This document shows, in pieces, positions 49,801 through 58,135 of a stretch of DNA of 64,000 nt (positions are counted from its first letter, which is position 1; each line of letters opens with the position of its first letter). The notes beneath the pieces are model-generated. The model had not been told where the DNA came from. It saw only the letters and a program-made list of their open reading frames with translations, and did not search any database. The stretch spans positions 96,001 through 160,000 of the forward strand of contig CBDBLV010000001.1 in NCBI GenBank assembly GCA_965207225.1, read 5' to 3'. Origin of the DNA: Dehalococcoidia bacterium (GTDB lineage Bacteria > Chloroflexota > Dehalococcoidia > Plut-88900). Both the position numbers and the translations under genes were made by a program.

Positions 49801-51480
49801 ACTGTGGTTCTGACGCTGCGGACCAACGCGGACTCGGACTACACCGTCGGGACGACTCGGACGCACACGCTGACCATCCTGGACGACGACCGGCCGAGGG
49901 CGGAGTTTGCCTCCGATGCATCCAGCATCATGGAGGCGGACACCGAGCACATGGTGGAGGTCAACCTCCGCCCTGCCGCGCCCGCGGGAGGGCTGACCTT
50001 GAGCTACGGCTTGGCAGGCGGTACGGCAACGCGCAACCGGGACTACCGCGCCTCCGGCACGGTGCAGGCGGAGGCAGGCGACATCAGCGTTCGTATCCCG
50101 GTGGAGATCATCCGCAACGGCGAAAGCGAGCCGGAGGAGACGGTGGTTCTGACGCTGCGGGTCGGCTCGAGAAACAACGTGGGCGAAGAAAGCGTGCATA
50201 CGCTGACCATCACGGACAACAACCTGCCTATGGTCGCCTTTGAGACGGCGGAGGCCAGCGTGAGTGAGACGGGCCGCACGCACCGGGCGGTCATCACCCT
50301 GGACCCGGCGCCCCACGAGGATCTCACCATCGGCTACACCGTTGGTGGCACGTCCACGGAGGGAGTGCACGGCCAGCACGGCCCGGGCGACGACTTCACC
50401 ATCAGCAACTCCGGGACGGTCACGGTCCCGCGCGGGCGGAACCAGGTCTTCGTGCCGATAACCATCGTCAACGACTCAGACGCCGAGGGCGACGAGACTC
50501 TGACGCTGACGCTGGACGGCGGCGACGGCTACGCCCTCGATACGTCGGCGAACATCTACGAGCTGACCATCCTGGACGACGACGCGCCGGAGGTATCCTT
50601 CACGGCGGCCTCGGGCGAGCCGGACGAGGGCGCCGGCACGCACGTGGTGCGGGTCAGGCTGGACGGGCAGACGGACAATCCGGTGACAGTGGGCGTCAGC
50701 GTCAACTTCCCGCCCAATATCGGCTCTGACAACACCGATTACCACAGCGCCATCCCCGGCAGCGTTACGATTCCGGCGGGGACGCTTGAAACCGAGCTTA
50801 CGGTGACCATCACCGACGACAACCTCAACGAGGCCGACGAGGTGGTGGTCCTGACGCTGGAGCCCGGCACGGGGTACTCCCTGTCGCAGGACAAGCCCAC
50901 GGAGTACACGCTGACCATCGTGGACAACGACGCGGACGAGAACACCCCGGTGGCCAGTCGCGACCATCCCCATGCCCACGGGCAGGGCTCGACACATTTT
51001 GAAGTCTACGAAGGCCATACGCGGATCCCGACGTGGTACGTGACCAGGAACTTCGCGGGGGATGTGATCTTCCAGTACGTCGGCGGAACGGCGACCCTGG
51101 ACGAGGACTTCCGCTTGTTCAACATAGACGATCAGATCGAGAAGGTGGGCGACACCTTCACGGTCCGGTCCCTTGAGTCCCCCCACGACTCCGACAGGGA
51201 AGCGGGCCTCCGTTGGGCCAGGTTCACGTTCGACCCGATACGAGACCAGGAGCGGGAAGGCGGCGAGACGGTTATCCTCCGGGTGCTGAACGGCCCGGAC
51301 TACACCGTCGAGGAGCCCACCGAGCTCACCATCACCATCATTGACTAGAAGCAACCGGCCGGCGTCCCCACGGGGGCCATGGGCTGAAGGCGGCAGTTCG
51401 GCTGCCGAGCATTGGACGCCAACGCGCCGGTGCTGATGCGGACTTGGTGAAACGCAAAGAGAGCGGGATACATGCCGGTA

Positions 51481-51517
51481 GAGAGGGAGGCCATCCAATT
51501 CGGATAGCCTCCCTCTC
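51481..51517. terminator. Hairpin terminator between convergent adhesin and HTH genes
   Basis: GAGAGGGAGGCCATCC-AATTC-GGATAGCCTCCCTCTC. Confidence 0.7.
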
Positions 51518-51523
51518 TTGTAC

Positions 51524-52681
51524 CTAAGCGGTCGCCGCCCCCGGCCGCATCAGCAGTGCGGAGTAGCCCGGGGCCACCACGTGGTCCACCGACACCTTCC
51601 CCGTGCCGTCGTATCCGGTGCGGAAGGCGTACTCCACCTCCGCGCCCCAGGGCACGCGCCCGCCGACGCGCACCGCACCGCCCCTGGCCGTGCCGTCTCT
51701 ACCGCGAGCGCCGTGCACCACCATGCCGCTGCGCTCCCCCTTCTTCCAGCCCAGCACCTTCAAGGCCGCGGGCATCACCCGCTCATCGGCCTTCGTCCGC
51801 TGGAACAGCGCCCCGTGGAGCTTCCTCAGAACCACGGCTGACGGGGTGCTTCTGCCGTTCATGATCTGGGAGAGGTGGCCGGAGCTGATGCCCGCCCTAC
51901 GCGCCACCTCGTTCTGGCTCACGTTCAACTCGTCCATCCGCTCCCAGATGAACTGCCGGTCTACGTCGGGGCACTGGGCGGACGCGACCTTCGCACGTCC
52001 CTCAAGCACGGCCTCGACCCTGGCCTGGAGCTTCACCCCCATGCTCCTATGGCCGCGTGACACCTGGCTCAAGTACCCGGCGGACACGCCGACCTTCTCG
52101 GCCAGCTCCCTCATGGTGATGCCGAGTGCGCGTGCGGTCTCCCGGATGAAACTGCTGGCCTCACCCTCGACCACGTCGCACTTTCGGTTGGCGCACCGTG
52201 CGGGGGCGACCCTGGCCGGAGCGTTCAGGACCGACTCGATGCTGGCCTGCACCTTGGGTCCCATGTTCCTGCGGCCACGGGCCACCTGGGTGAGGTAGCC
52301 GTATGAGACTCCAGACCGGTCGGAGAGCTCCAGCATGGTGATTCCTATCTCGCGTGCCCGCTCCCGGATGAAGGAGCTCTCGCTGTTCACGACGCCGCCC
52401 TGTCTGTAGACGACGCCCTGTCCGGGGACCTCGCCGAGGACCGCCATCGCCTTCTCCCTCAGGTTGGGGGTCCAGGGCTTCTTGCCCGTGCCCACCTGGG
52501 AGAGGTGGCTTGCGCTGACGCCCATCAGGGCCGCGAGCTCCTTCATGGTGAGGCCCCGCTTCCTGGCCGCCGCCCTGAGCTCGCTCTCCGGCCTGCCCCT
52601 GCGCTCTTCGGGCGCTGCCGCATCCGTCGTGGTTGCCGTGTCCTTGGTCCGCTTGGTCCTCGTCGTGGTTGCCGTCGTCAT
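51524..52681 (-). CDS. Transcriptional regulator with four tandem XRE-type HTH domains and a C-terminal beta domain
   Basis: GLTMKELAALMGVSASHLSQV, GITMLELSDRSGVSYGYLTQV, GITMRELAEKVGVSAGYLSQV and NVSQNEVARRAGISSGHLSQI; AAAGGAG RBS. Confidence 0.88.
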   Translation of the reverse strand: MTTATTTRTKRTKDTATTTDAAAPEERRGRPESELRAAARKRGLTMKELAALMGVSASHLSQVGTGKKPWTPNLREKAMAVLGEVPGQGVVYRQGGVVNSESSFIRERAREIGITMLELSDRSGVSYGYLTQVARGRRNMGPKVQASIESVLNAPARVAPARCANRKCDVVEGEASSFIRETARALGITMRELAEKVGVSAGYLSQVSRGHRSMGVKLQARVEAVLEGRAKVASAQCPDVDRQFIWERMDELNVSQNEVARRAGISSGHLSQIMNGRSTPSAVVLRKLHGALFQRTKADERVMPAALKVLGWKKGERSGMVVHGARGRDGTARGGAVRVGGRVPWGAEVEYAFRTGYDGTGKVSVDHVVAPGYSALLMRPGAATA

Positions 52682-52695
52682 GTCGCTTCTCCTTT

Positions 52696-52782
52696 GAATG
52701 AAGAAGCGGGACGGCCGCCACCCCCGTGGGGTGGAGACAGTCCCGCTCTGAATTGGCGTCCCGAATGGCCGGGACTGTCTCC
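52696..52782 (-). promoter_or_regulatory. Structured 5' leader with mutually exclusive hairpins (attenuator-like)
   Basis: A 13-bp IR (52733-52745/52770-52782) competes with a hairpin at 52705-52747 that is followed by a U-rich tract on the minus strand. Confidence 0.5.
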
Positions 52783-53144
52783 GTGGGTTTTGTGTTGTCG
52801 CTGTGGCCGATGGCCGGCTGCGGCGTCCTCCGTATCGCTGTACTGGGCAGGCTCTACGTGGGGAAGCCGCGCGCGGGCAATGTCAGTGCCCGCCGTGCGT
52901 TGGGCATAGTTCCTCCTGGGTGGGTTAGTGGATGGGTGGTGCGGGACCGGGGTCCCGCAAGCAAGGGGGCGGAGCGGGCAAGCTCCGACGTGTGAAACGG
53001 CGTGGAGAGCCAGGACGAGGGGAGCGCTAGCTAGCGTCGTGCTCGACCCATGCAAGCAGAGTCAAGAGGGCGGCGCGCGCTGCCTGGGGGTGCAAGGTCA
53101 GCCGCGCCGCCCGGCGTCACCTGGGGTGTGCGCCGAGACCGTGG

Positions 53145-53612
53145 TCAGGGGCAGGCTTTCCCCAAGGGTCTCAGCCCCCGGAGGCTGCGCTCGGAGACTA
53201 CCTTGCCGGGCCGCCAGCGCATCCCCAGGACCGCCGCGACCTCCAGCGTCCCGTCGCCGTGGGCTACCAAGGCGGCGGCTCTCCCGACGCCCTGGGTGTA
53301 GACCATCGCTCCCCGGTCACCGAACCGCCGCTTCACCAACGGCCTCCACTCGGAGAACGCCCAGCGAGCCGCGCTCGGCGTCAGTGTCGCTACGTTCACG
53401 CTTCCCAGCGCCGCCAGCGCGCCGTCGATGTCCCCCGACTGCCTGAGCCGCCGGGCCTCGTGGATGGAGCGCGTCACGCTCGCCTCCACCGTCTCCGTCT
53501 CGACCCCGAAGCCCATCGCTTCAAAGAGCCGGTCCACCAGGTCCTCCAGGCTGCGCCTGGGCCGGTCCACCTCCATCGTCCTATTGCCGATTGCTGCCGT
53601 TGCCGTGGTCAT
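53145..53612 (-). CDS. Hypothetical protein
   Basis: 155-aa ORF with AGGAGG RBS, co-oriented with its neighbours. Confidence 0.7.
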   Translation of the reverse strand: MTTATAAIGNRTMEVDRPRRSLEDLVDRLFEAMGFGVETETVEASVTRSIHEARRLRQSGDIDGALAALGSVNVATLTPSAARWAFSEWRPLVKRRFGDRGAMVYTQGVGRAAALVAHGDGTLEVAAVLGMRWRPGKVVSERSLRGLRPLGKACP

Positions 53613-53670
53613 CGTGTACCTCCTGTGCCTTTGTTTCTGATGCCTTGAATCCGTTGCGCCCGGTTTCGGG

Positions 53671-53712
53671 AAAAGAAGAAGGGGTCGGCTCCAAACCGGA
53701 GCCGACCCCTCT
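53671..53712 (-). terminator. Intrinsic terminator
   Basis: AGGGGTCGGCTCC-AAACC-GGAGCCGACCCCT with an adjacent A-rich tract (U-tract on the minus strand), downstream of the 53745 gene. Confidence 0.75.
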
Positions 53713-53744
53713 GATTGGGACGGGCTATGTGTTTTTCATGACTG

Positions 53745-54257
53745 TCAGCGGAGGAACCTCTTCCTCCGATGGCGCATCATGTGTCGTCCCGTCAGCAACG
53801 AACCGACGCTGAGCGCGAGGCAGGCGAGGATCGCCGCTTCCCAGTCGTGTCCCAGCAGCAGCGGCACGGCGAAAGCCAGCGCGACAGCTGCGTACGATTC
53901 GAGTCTCCACCGGGGCCAGTATCTGATCCACCAGAGCCTGTCGATCTTCCCGTCCAGGGGCTCGTAGGCCCACCTGATCGGCCATCCTGCCTGCGCACCC
54001 AGCACGTCCGCCGCCATCTCCGGAGAACAGTCCCCGGTGTGGCAGCGCACGTCGATGCCCTCGCCGTCGGGTCTCTGCCGGAACGCCAGGCCGTCGTCCC
54101 TCAGGCTGTGGCATGTCGCCGTCGTCCAGAACCAGCCGTCGTGGAACCCGACCCGATGCGGCAGCCGCTTGGCTATCCACAGCGCGCTGGGTCCCACGTA
54201 GATCTCCTTCACGTCCATGCCCGTCCTTTCGTCGATGTCCGTCAACGTCGATTCCAT
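53745..54257 (-). CDS. Hypothetical protein: N-terminal Cys/His (Zn-finger-like) domain + two C-terminal TM helices
   Basis: CH...VRCHTGDC motif, then hydrophobic segments; GGAGG upstream of ATG 54257. Confidence 0.6.
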   Translation of the reverse strand: MESTLTDIDERTGMDVKEIYVGPSALWIAKRLPHRVGFHDGWFWTTATCHSLRDDGLAFRQRPDGEGIDVRCHTGDCSPEMAADVLGAQAGWPIRWAYEPLDGKIDRLWWIRYWPRWRLESYAAVALAFAVPLLLGHDWEAAILACLALSVGSLLTGRHMMRHRRKRFLR

Positions 54258-54811
54258 GTGCTCATCGCCTCCTTCCTCAATGTCGTGTGTCCGCAGTGCT
54301 TCCATGTCTTCAATGCCTCCTTCGTATGCTTGAACTTCGAATCCGCCGACTTGGTGAACTTTCCAATGCAGGCTCCATCCATCCCGCATCCCGGCTGAGC
54401 GTGATTCGGCCAGCATGGGGGAGGAAGCGGCCGGTCCTGGGGCGTAAGGGCTCCGGGACAGCCACGAATTCGTGAGGGCCTGGCCTGTGCGACGGGCGCA
54501 CCTCGACCTAGGTGTCCGAGGGGCTGAAGCGAAACGCGCCTCTGCCGCTGCGAATGTGTCCCTCCGGGGTTTGCCTTCGGGAGAGCGCAATGCTCAATCC
54601 CTCCGGTCTGACCCCCTGGGTGGCTTTCAGAGAGCGCGGTGCTCGATCCTACGCAGCCTGTCCCGGATTCGGGGGACGGGAACCCTCCAGGTTTCTCGGC
54701 ACGAAATCCTGGCAAAGCCTGAAACTGACTCCATTATTGCCGAACGGTTGAGCTGATGGAAGGGTTTCACGGCGCCCGCACCCAAAGTGTTCTGTCCGGT
54801 TCCACGAAACC

Positions 54812-55687
54812 CTAAGCGCGCCCCGGCCACCAGCGGCTTCGCCACAGGCCGCACGTCAGCGCCTTCCACAGCAGGTATCTCCAGGCCAGCGCCCTGCGGA
54901 CCTCGTGGAGGGTGTCCTTGCGCCAGGTGAGCTGTGTGCTTCGGTAGAGTCCGTGCAGCGGCTCCGTCTCCGGCGGCAGGGTCATCCCGTACTCTTCGAG
55001 CAGGGCCACCTCCAGGCTACGGACCCGCGCCTCGGTCTCCAGCCACGCCAGGCCCTTACCTGTGCCAGTGTGCCCCGCCTTCCAGATTTCGCGCCACTCC
55101 TCGATGAGGGGCCACGCCTCGCCGAAGACCTCCTCGTCGTCGGGAGCTGGCTCCTTCGTCACCAGATCGGGATACAGCCGCTTCGGGTACCTGGCCATCG
55201 GCGACGGCTTGTCCGTCGCCGGGGCCTTCTCCGGCGCGTCTCCGGTTGCGTCCTGGGCCTCTGCCGGTTCCGCCGTGGACTCCCTCGTGGTCTCCAGGCG
55301 AGTCAGCTTACCCTCGACCTTAGCCAACGCGCGGCCCTGCTCCCCACCCAGGGTCTTGACCTCGCCCCTGACGGCATCCAGACCCTCGTGAAGCTCCTTC
55401 GCCAGACTCTCCACGCGACGCTCCAGCGCATCGTTGCGCTTCCGCTGGCGGGCGGCGGCCGAGCCTGCGCCCTCCTGGAGGCCCCGCTCCAGCGCCTCTC
55501 GGACCCGCCACGACATCCCTTCGCCGTCCATGCACGCTCCCACCGTTCGTGGGTCGAGACCCAACTCTTCGGCGGCCCTGATGCGTCCCTTCGTTCGCAC
55601 CATGTCGTGCAGCAGCGCCTTGAGCCGGAGGACGTATTCCTCATCGGCGTCTCCGCCCTCGGTCATGACCTTCTCACTCGACTCCAT
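54812..55687 (-). CDS. Hypothetical protein with N-terminal HTH-like motif and coiled coil
   Basis: GRIRAAEELGLDPRTV, then LERRVESLAKEL heptads; GGAGGAGG RBS before ATG 55687. Confidence 0.7.
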   Translation of the reverse strand: MESSEKVMTEGGDADEEYVLRLKALLHDMVRTKGRIRAAEELGLDPRTVGACMDGEGMSWRVREALERGLQEGAGSAAARQRKRNDALERRVESLAKELHEGLDAVRGEVKTLGGEQGRALAKVEGKLTRLETTRESTAEPAEAQDATGDAPEKAPATDKPSPMARYPKRLYPDLVTKEPAPDDEEVFGEAWPLIEEWREIWKAGHTGTGKGLAWLETEARVRSLEVALLEEYGMTLPPETEPLHGLYRSTQLTWRKDTLHEVRRALAWRYLLWKALTCGLWRSRWWPGRA

Positions 55688-55700
55688 CAGTCCCTCCTCC

Positions 55701-55884
55701 TGCAACTTGCAGAGTTTTGCAGCTTTTCGTCGATTTCGAGCAGTTGCAACTTGCAGATTCCAAACGTGAGCGATGCATATTTCGTCGCAACCGGCCCCTG
55801 CCACAAAGTGTTCGCTGTTCACGTCCTGTAGGGGCTGCTTTCCCCCTGTTCCAGCTTTGAAACACGACCGATCTGCAACTTGCA
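55701..55884. promoter_or_regulatory. Three identical near-palindromic TGCAACTTGCA sites
   Basis: Exact copies at 55701, 55745 and 55874, in the divergent intergenic region between the regulatory block and the T4SS operon. Confidence 0.6.
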
Positions 55885-56073
55885 ACCAAACCCGTTTCTC
55901 TGTACTACCCCATGACATCACGGCTGCCCCTTGGCGGGTATCCCCTGGAAGGGGCTATCACGAATGAAACGGTTGCATGGATGAATACCCCTTCCGAGGG
56001 ATAACGCTCGTCTTTTCGGCCCTCCACACTCGATGGCAAATCATCGCGATTCCACCCGTGAGGAGGCGTCAAC

Positions 56074-56691
56074 TTGGAACGGTACTCGACCATCCGGCGG
56101 ACCCTTAGAAGAGCCAGGAGGCTGATGCCCCTGGCCGCCGCACTGCTGCTTGCGGCGCTTATTGCCGTACCCCCGAGCAACCTCGCCCTGGCCCAATCGC
56201 CGCCCGGCAACGAGATCACCCTGGTCAACGAAGACCGGGAATTCGTCGAGCGCAAGAAGGGCGGCGAGTTCGTCGCAAGACCCATCTTCGACCGCAAGGT
56301 GGCCGACCTCTTCTACGCAGTCCGGGACGCCGACACCGGCGACTGGATAAGCGCCATGTACCGGGTCCGGGGCGGCGAGAAGAAGCGATCAGACGGTTGG
56401 GAGTACTCCTGGGAGTATCCCAAGCTGGACGAGCAGCCCGACCTCGACCCCGACCGGGCCTACCTGCTGGTCATGCTGGCGCACGCCGAGGACGGCAAAC
56501 GGGGCGACTTCTACGCCGTCGTCCCCATCCACCAGCCGGGACGCATCTGGGACAAGATTCTGAGTGCCCTCAACCCCTCCCGCTGGGCCAGGGCCGCAGC
56601 CGGGTGGGTGATCGAGGGGGTCCACGGGACGCTGTGCGGCGTGGTGGAGCGGGCCTCGGGCGAGGACGCCGACAACTGTGAGGGGAGCTAG
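56074..56691 (+). CDS. Secreted/membrane hypothetical protein, first gene of the T4SS cluster
   Basis: Signal peptide (ALA|Q); stop lies 3 nt before the VirB6-like gene. Confidence 0.7.
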   Translation: MERYSTIRRTLRRARRLMPLAAALLLAALIAVPPSNLALAQSPPGNEITLVNEDREFVERKKGGEFVARPIFDRKVADLFYAVRDADTGDWISAMYRVRGGEKKRSDGWEYSWEYPKLDEQPDLDPDRAYLLVMLAHAEDGKRGDFYAVVPIHQPGRIWDKILSALNPSRWARAAAGWVIEGVHGTLCGVVERASGEDADNCEGS

Positions 56692-56694
56692 CCC

Positions 56695-57675
56695 ATGAGC
56701 GACATCCTCACCGGGACTCCTCCCGACCTCACCTACGCACATGACCTGGTTCAGCAGGCGTGGATGGTCGTCTGGGCCATTACGTCGGGCGCACTGGTGG
56801 TCATCCTCGGCTGGATGGGCCTCTCGCTCATCGTGTCAGAGCACCTCGGAAGGTCTCAGACAGGTTGGCGGGAGATGGTGCCGAGACTGGTGTTGGGCCT
56901 TGTTGCAGCGGCGTCCTCCCTTTGGTGGTGCGCCCTGGTCATCGACGTTGCCGACGCCGTGTCCGGCTTCGTCGCGGTATCTCTGAACGTCACCGCCGGA
57001 GACATGCTCCGCTCAACCCTCAAGACTCTGCTCACCGCCGTGAACGCCGGGAGTGTGGGGATGGCGTTGCTGCTGGCCCTTCTCTACCTGGTCTACGGCT
57101 TCTTCGTCCTCTACGTCATCGTGCAGATGATCCTGCGCCTCGCGCTGATAGACATTCTCTTGGCTTTGGCTCCCATCGCGTTGGGGCTGTGGATTCTGCC
57201 GCACACGGCGGGCTGGGGCCGCCACTGGCTCAGGCTGTTCATGACGACGGTGTTCCAGCAGGCGATCCAGCTCATTGCGTTGGCCCTGGGGTTCGGGTTC
57301 CTGAACGAGGTTGCTCAGATAGCCGCCTTCGAGCCGGTGCAGGACCTGGTGTGGAAGCTCCTCATGTCGCTGGCCTTCGTCTACATGGCGACCCGCGTGC
57401 CGTCTCTTCTTGGGAACGCCGGGACCTTCGACGCCTGGCTGAGCACCCTCTACTTCGGGATGAACCTACCCGCGTCGATGGTGCGGTCGGCCCGGACCAT
57501 CGGGCTTGTGGCGGGCGGAGCCGCCGGAGGTCCCGGCGGAATGGCCGTGGGAGCGGTTGCGGCCAGCGCTGGTCTGTCGGCTGCGGCGAGCGGTCTCAAC
57601 TCTGCGGCGTCGATGGCCACCCCATCGGGTGGTGGGGACATGGGCGGCGAGGCCCCTAGGAGCGCCAACGAGTGA
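56695..57675 (+). CDS. VirB6/TrbL-like conjugal transfer membrane protein
   Basis: Polytopic; ILRLALIDILLALAPIAL.LW.LP.T..W...W motif; Gly/Ala-rich tail. Confidence 0.8.
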   Translation: MSDILTGTPPDLTYAHDLVQQAWMVVWAITSGALVVILGWMGLSLIVSEHLGRSQTGWREMVPRLVLGLVAAASSLWWCALVIDVADAVSGFVAVSLNVTAGDMLRSTLKTLLTAVNAGSVGMALLLALLYLVYGFFVLYVIVQMILRLALIDILLALAPIALGLWILPHTAGWGRHWLRLFMTTVFQQAIQLIALALGFGFLNEVAQIAAFEPVQDLVWKLLMSLAFVYMATRVPSLLGNAGTFDAWLSTLYFGMNLPASMVRSARTIGLVAGGAAGGPGGMAVGAVAASAGLSAAASGLNSAASMATPSGGGDMGGEAPRSANE

Positions 57676-57834
57676 TTTTTCAAAGAAGGCGAGAACCCAT
57701 GAGGTGCGGGCTAAGAAGCCCGGCCCAATCGAAAACGAGGAGGTGGGAGCGATGTGCAGGTAAGTGATCTAAGGCAACCCAACCGATAGCAACGAGCAAG
57801 AGACTCCGAAACGGAGATCAAAAGGAGAGACGTA

Positions 57835-58116
57835 ATGGAAGAACTGACACAGACCATATCGAACCTTGTGGGGATCGGGTTGGGAATCGTGGGGGCCGTT
57901 GGCGTGGGCTTCTTCATCTACGGGGCCTACCTGTACCTGACGGCATCGGGAGCGCCCCACCAGATGGAGCGGGGCAAGAGCGCCATGATGACCGCCCTGG
58001 CGGGCGTCGTGCTGGCCATGGTGGTGGAGCTGGTGATGAACGCCGTGGTGGGTTCCCCGGTGGAGATCGACGTGCCCGACCCGGCCACGCCCACGCCTGA
58101 GACCAAGAACAGCTAG
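57835..58116 (+). CDS. VirB2/TrbC-like pilin
   Basis: IYGAYLYLTASGAP.QMERGKSAM..AL.G hairpin pattern; AAGGAG RBS. Confidence 0.8.
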   Translation: MEELTQTISNLVGIGLGIVGAVGVGFFIYGAYLYLTASGAPHQMERGKSAMMTALAGVVLAMVVELVMNAVVGSPVEIDVPDPATPTPETKNS

Positions 58117-58135
58117 GCGAAAGGGGAAGAAAAAA

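Larger units (their letters stand above)
44641..51348 (+). pseudogene. Large adhesin (DUF11-like, FN3, about 6-7 Calx-beta repeats) interrupted by IS1380; reconstructed 1604 aa
   Basis: Removing the IS and one TTCAG restores the frame (...NPSAGYID...), joining the signal-peptide ORF at 44641 to the 46816-51348 ORF. Calx-beta motifs GTAT.G.DY, E.DETVVLTL and TLTI.DDD repeat. Confidence 0.88.

Noticed and set aside
43000-51348. Diversity-generating retroelement acting on the adhesins
   Set aside because: No reverse transcriptase, and no template/variable repeat pair differing at adenines was seen.
54400-54800. Possible oriT in the non-coding gap
   Set aside because: No recognisable nic consensus and no relaxase in the window to anchor the call.
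54812-55921. N-terminal extension of the ORF to 55921
   Set aside because: The extension crosses the operator-like repeats, and a strong RBS supports ATG 55687 instead.
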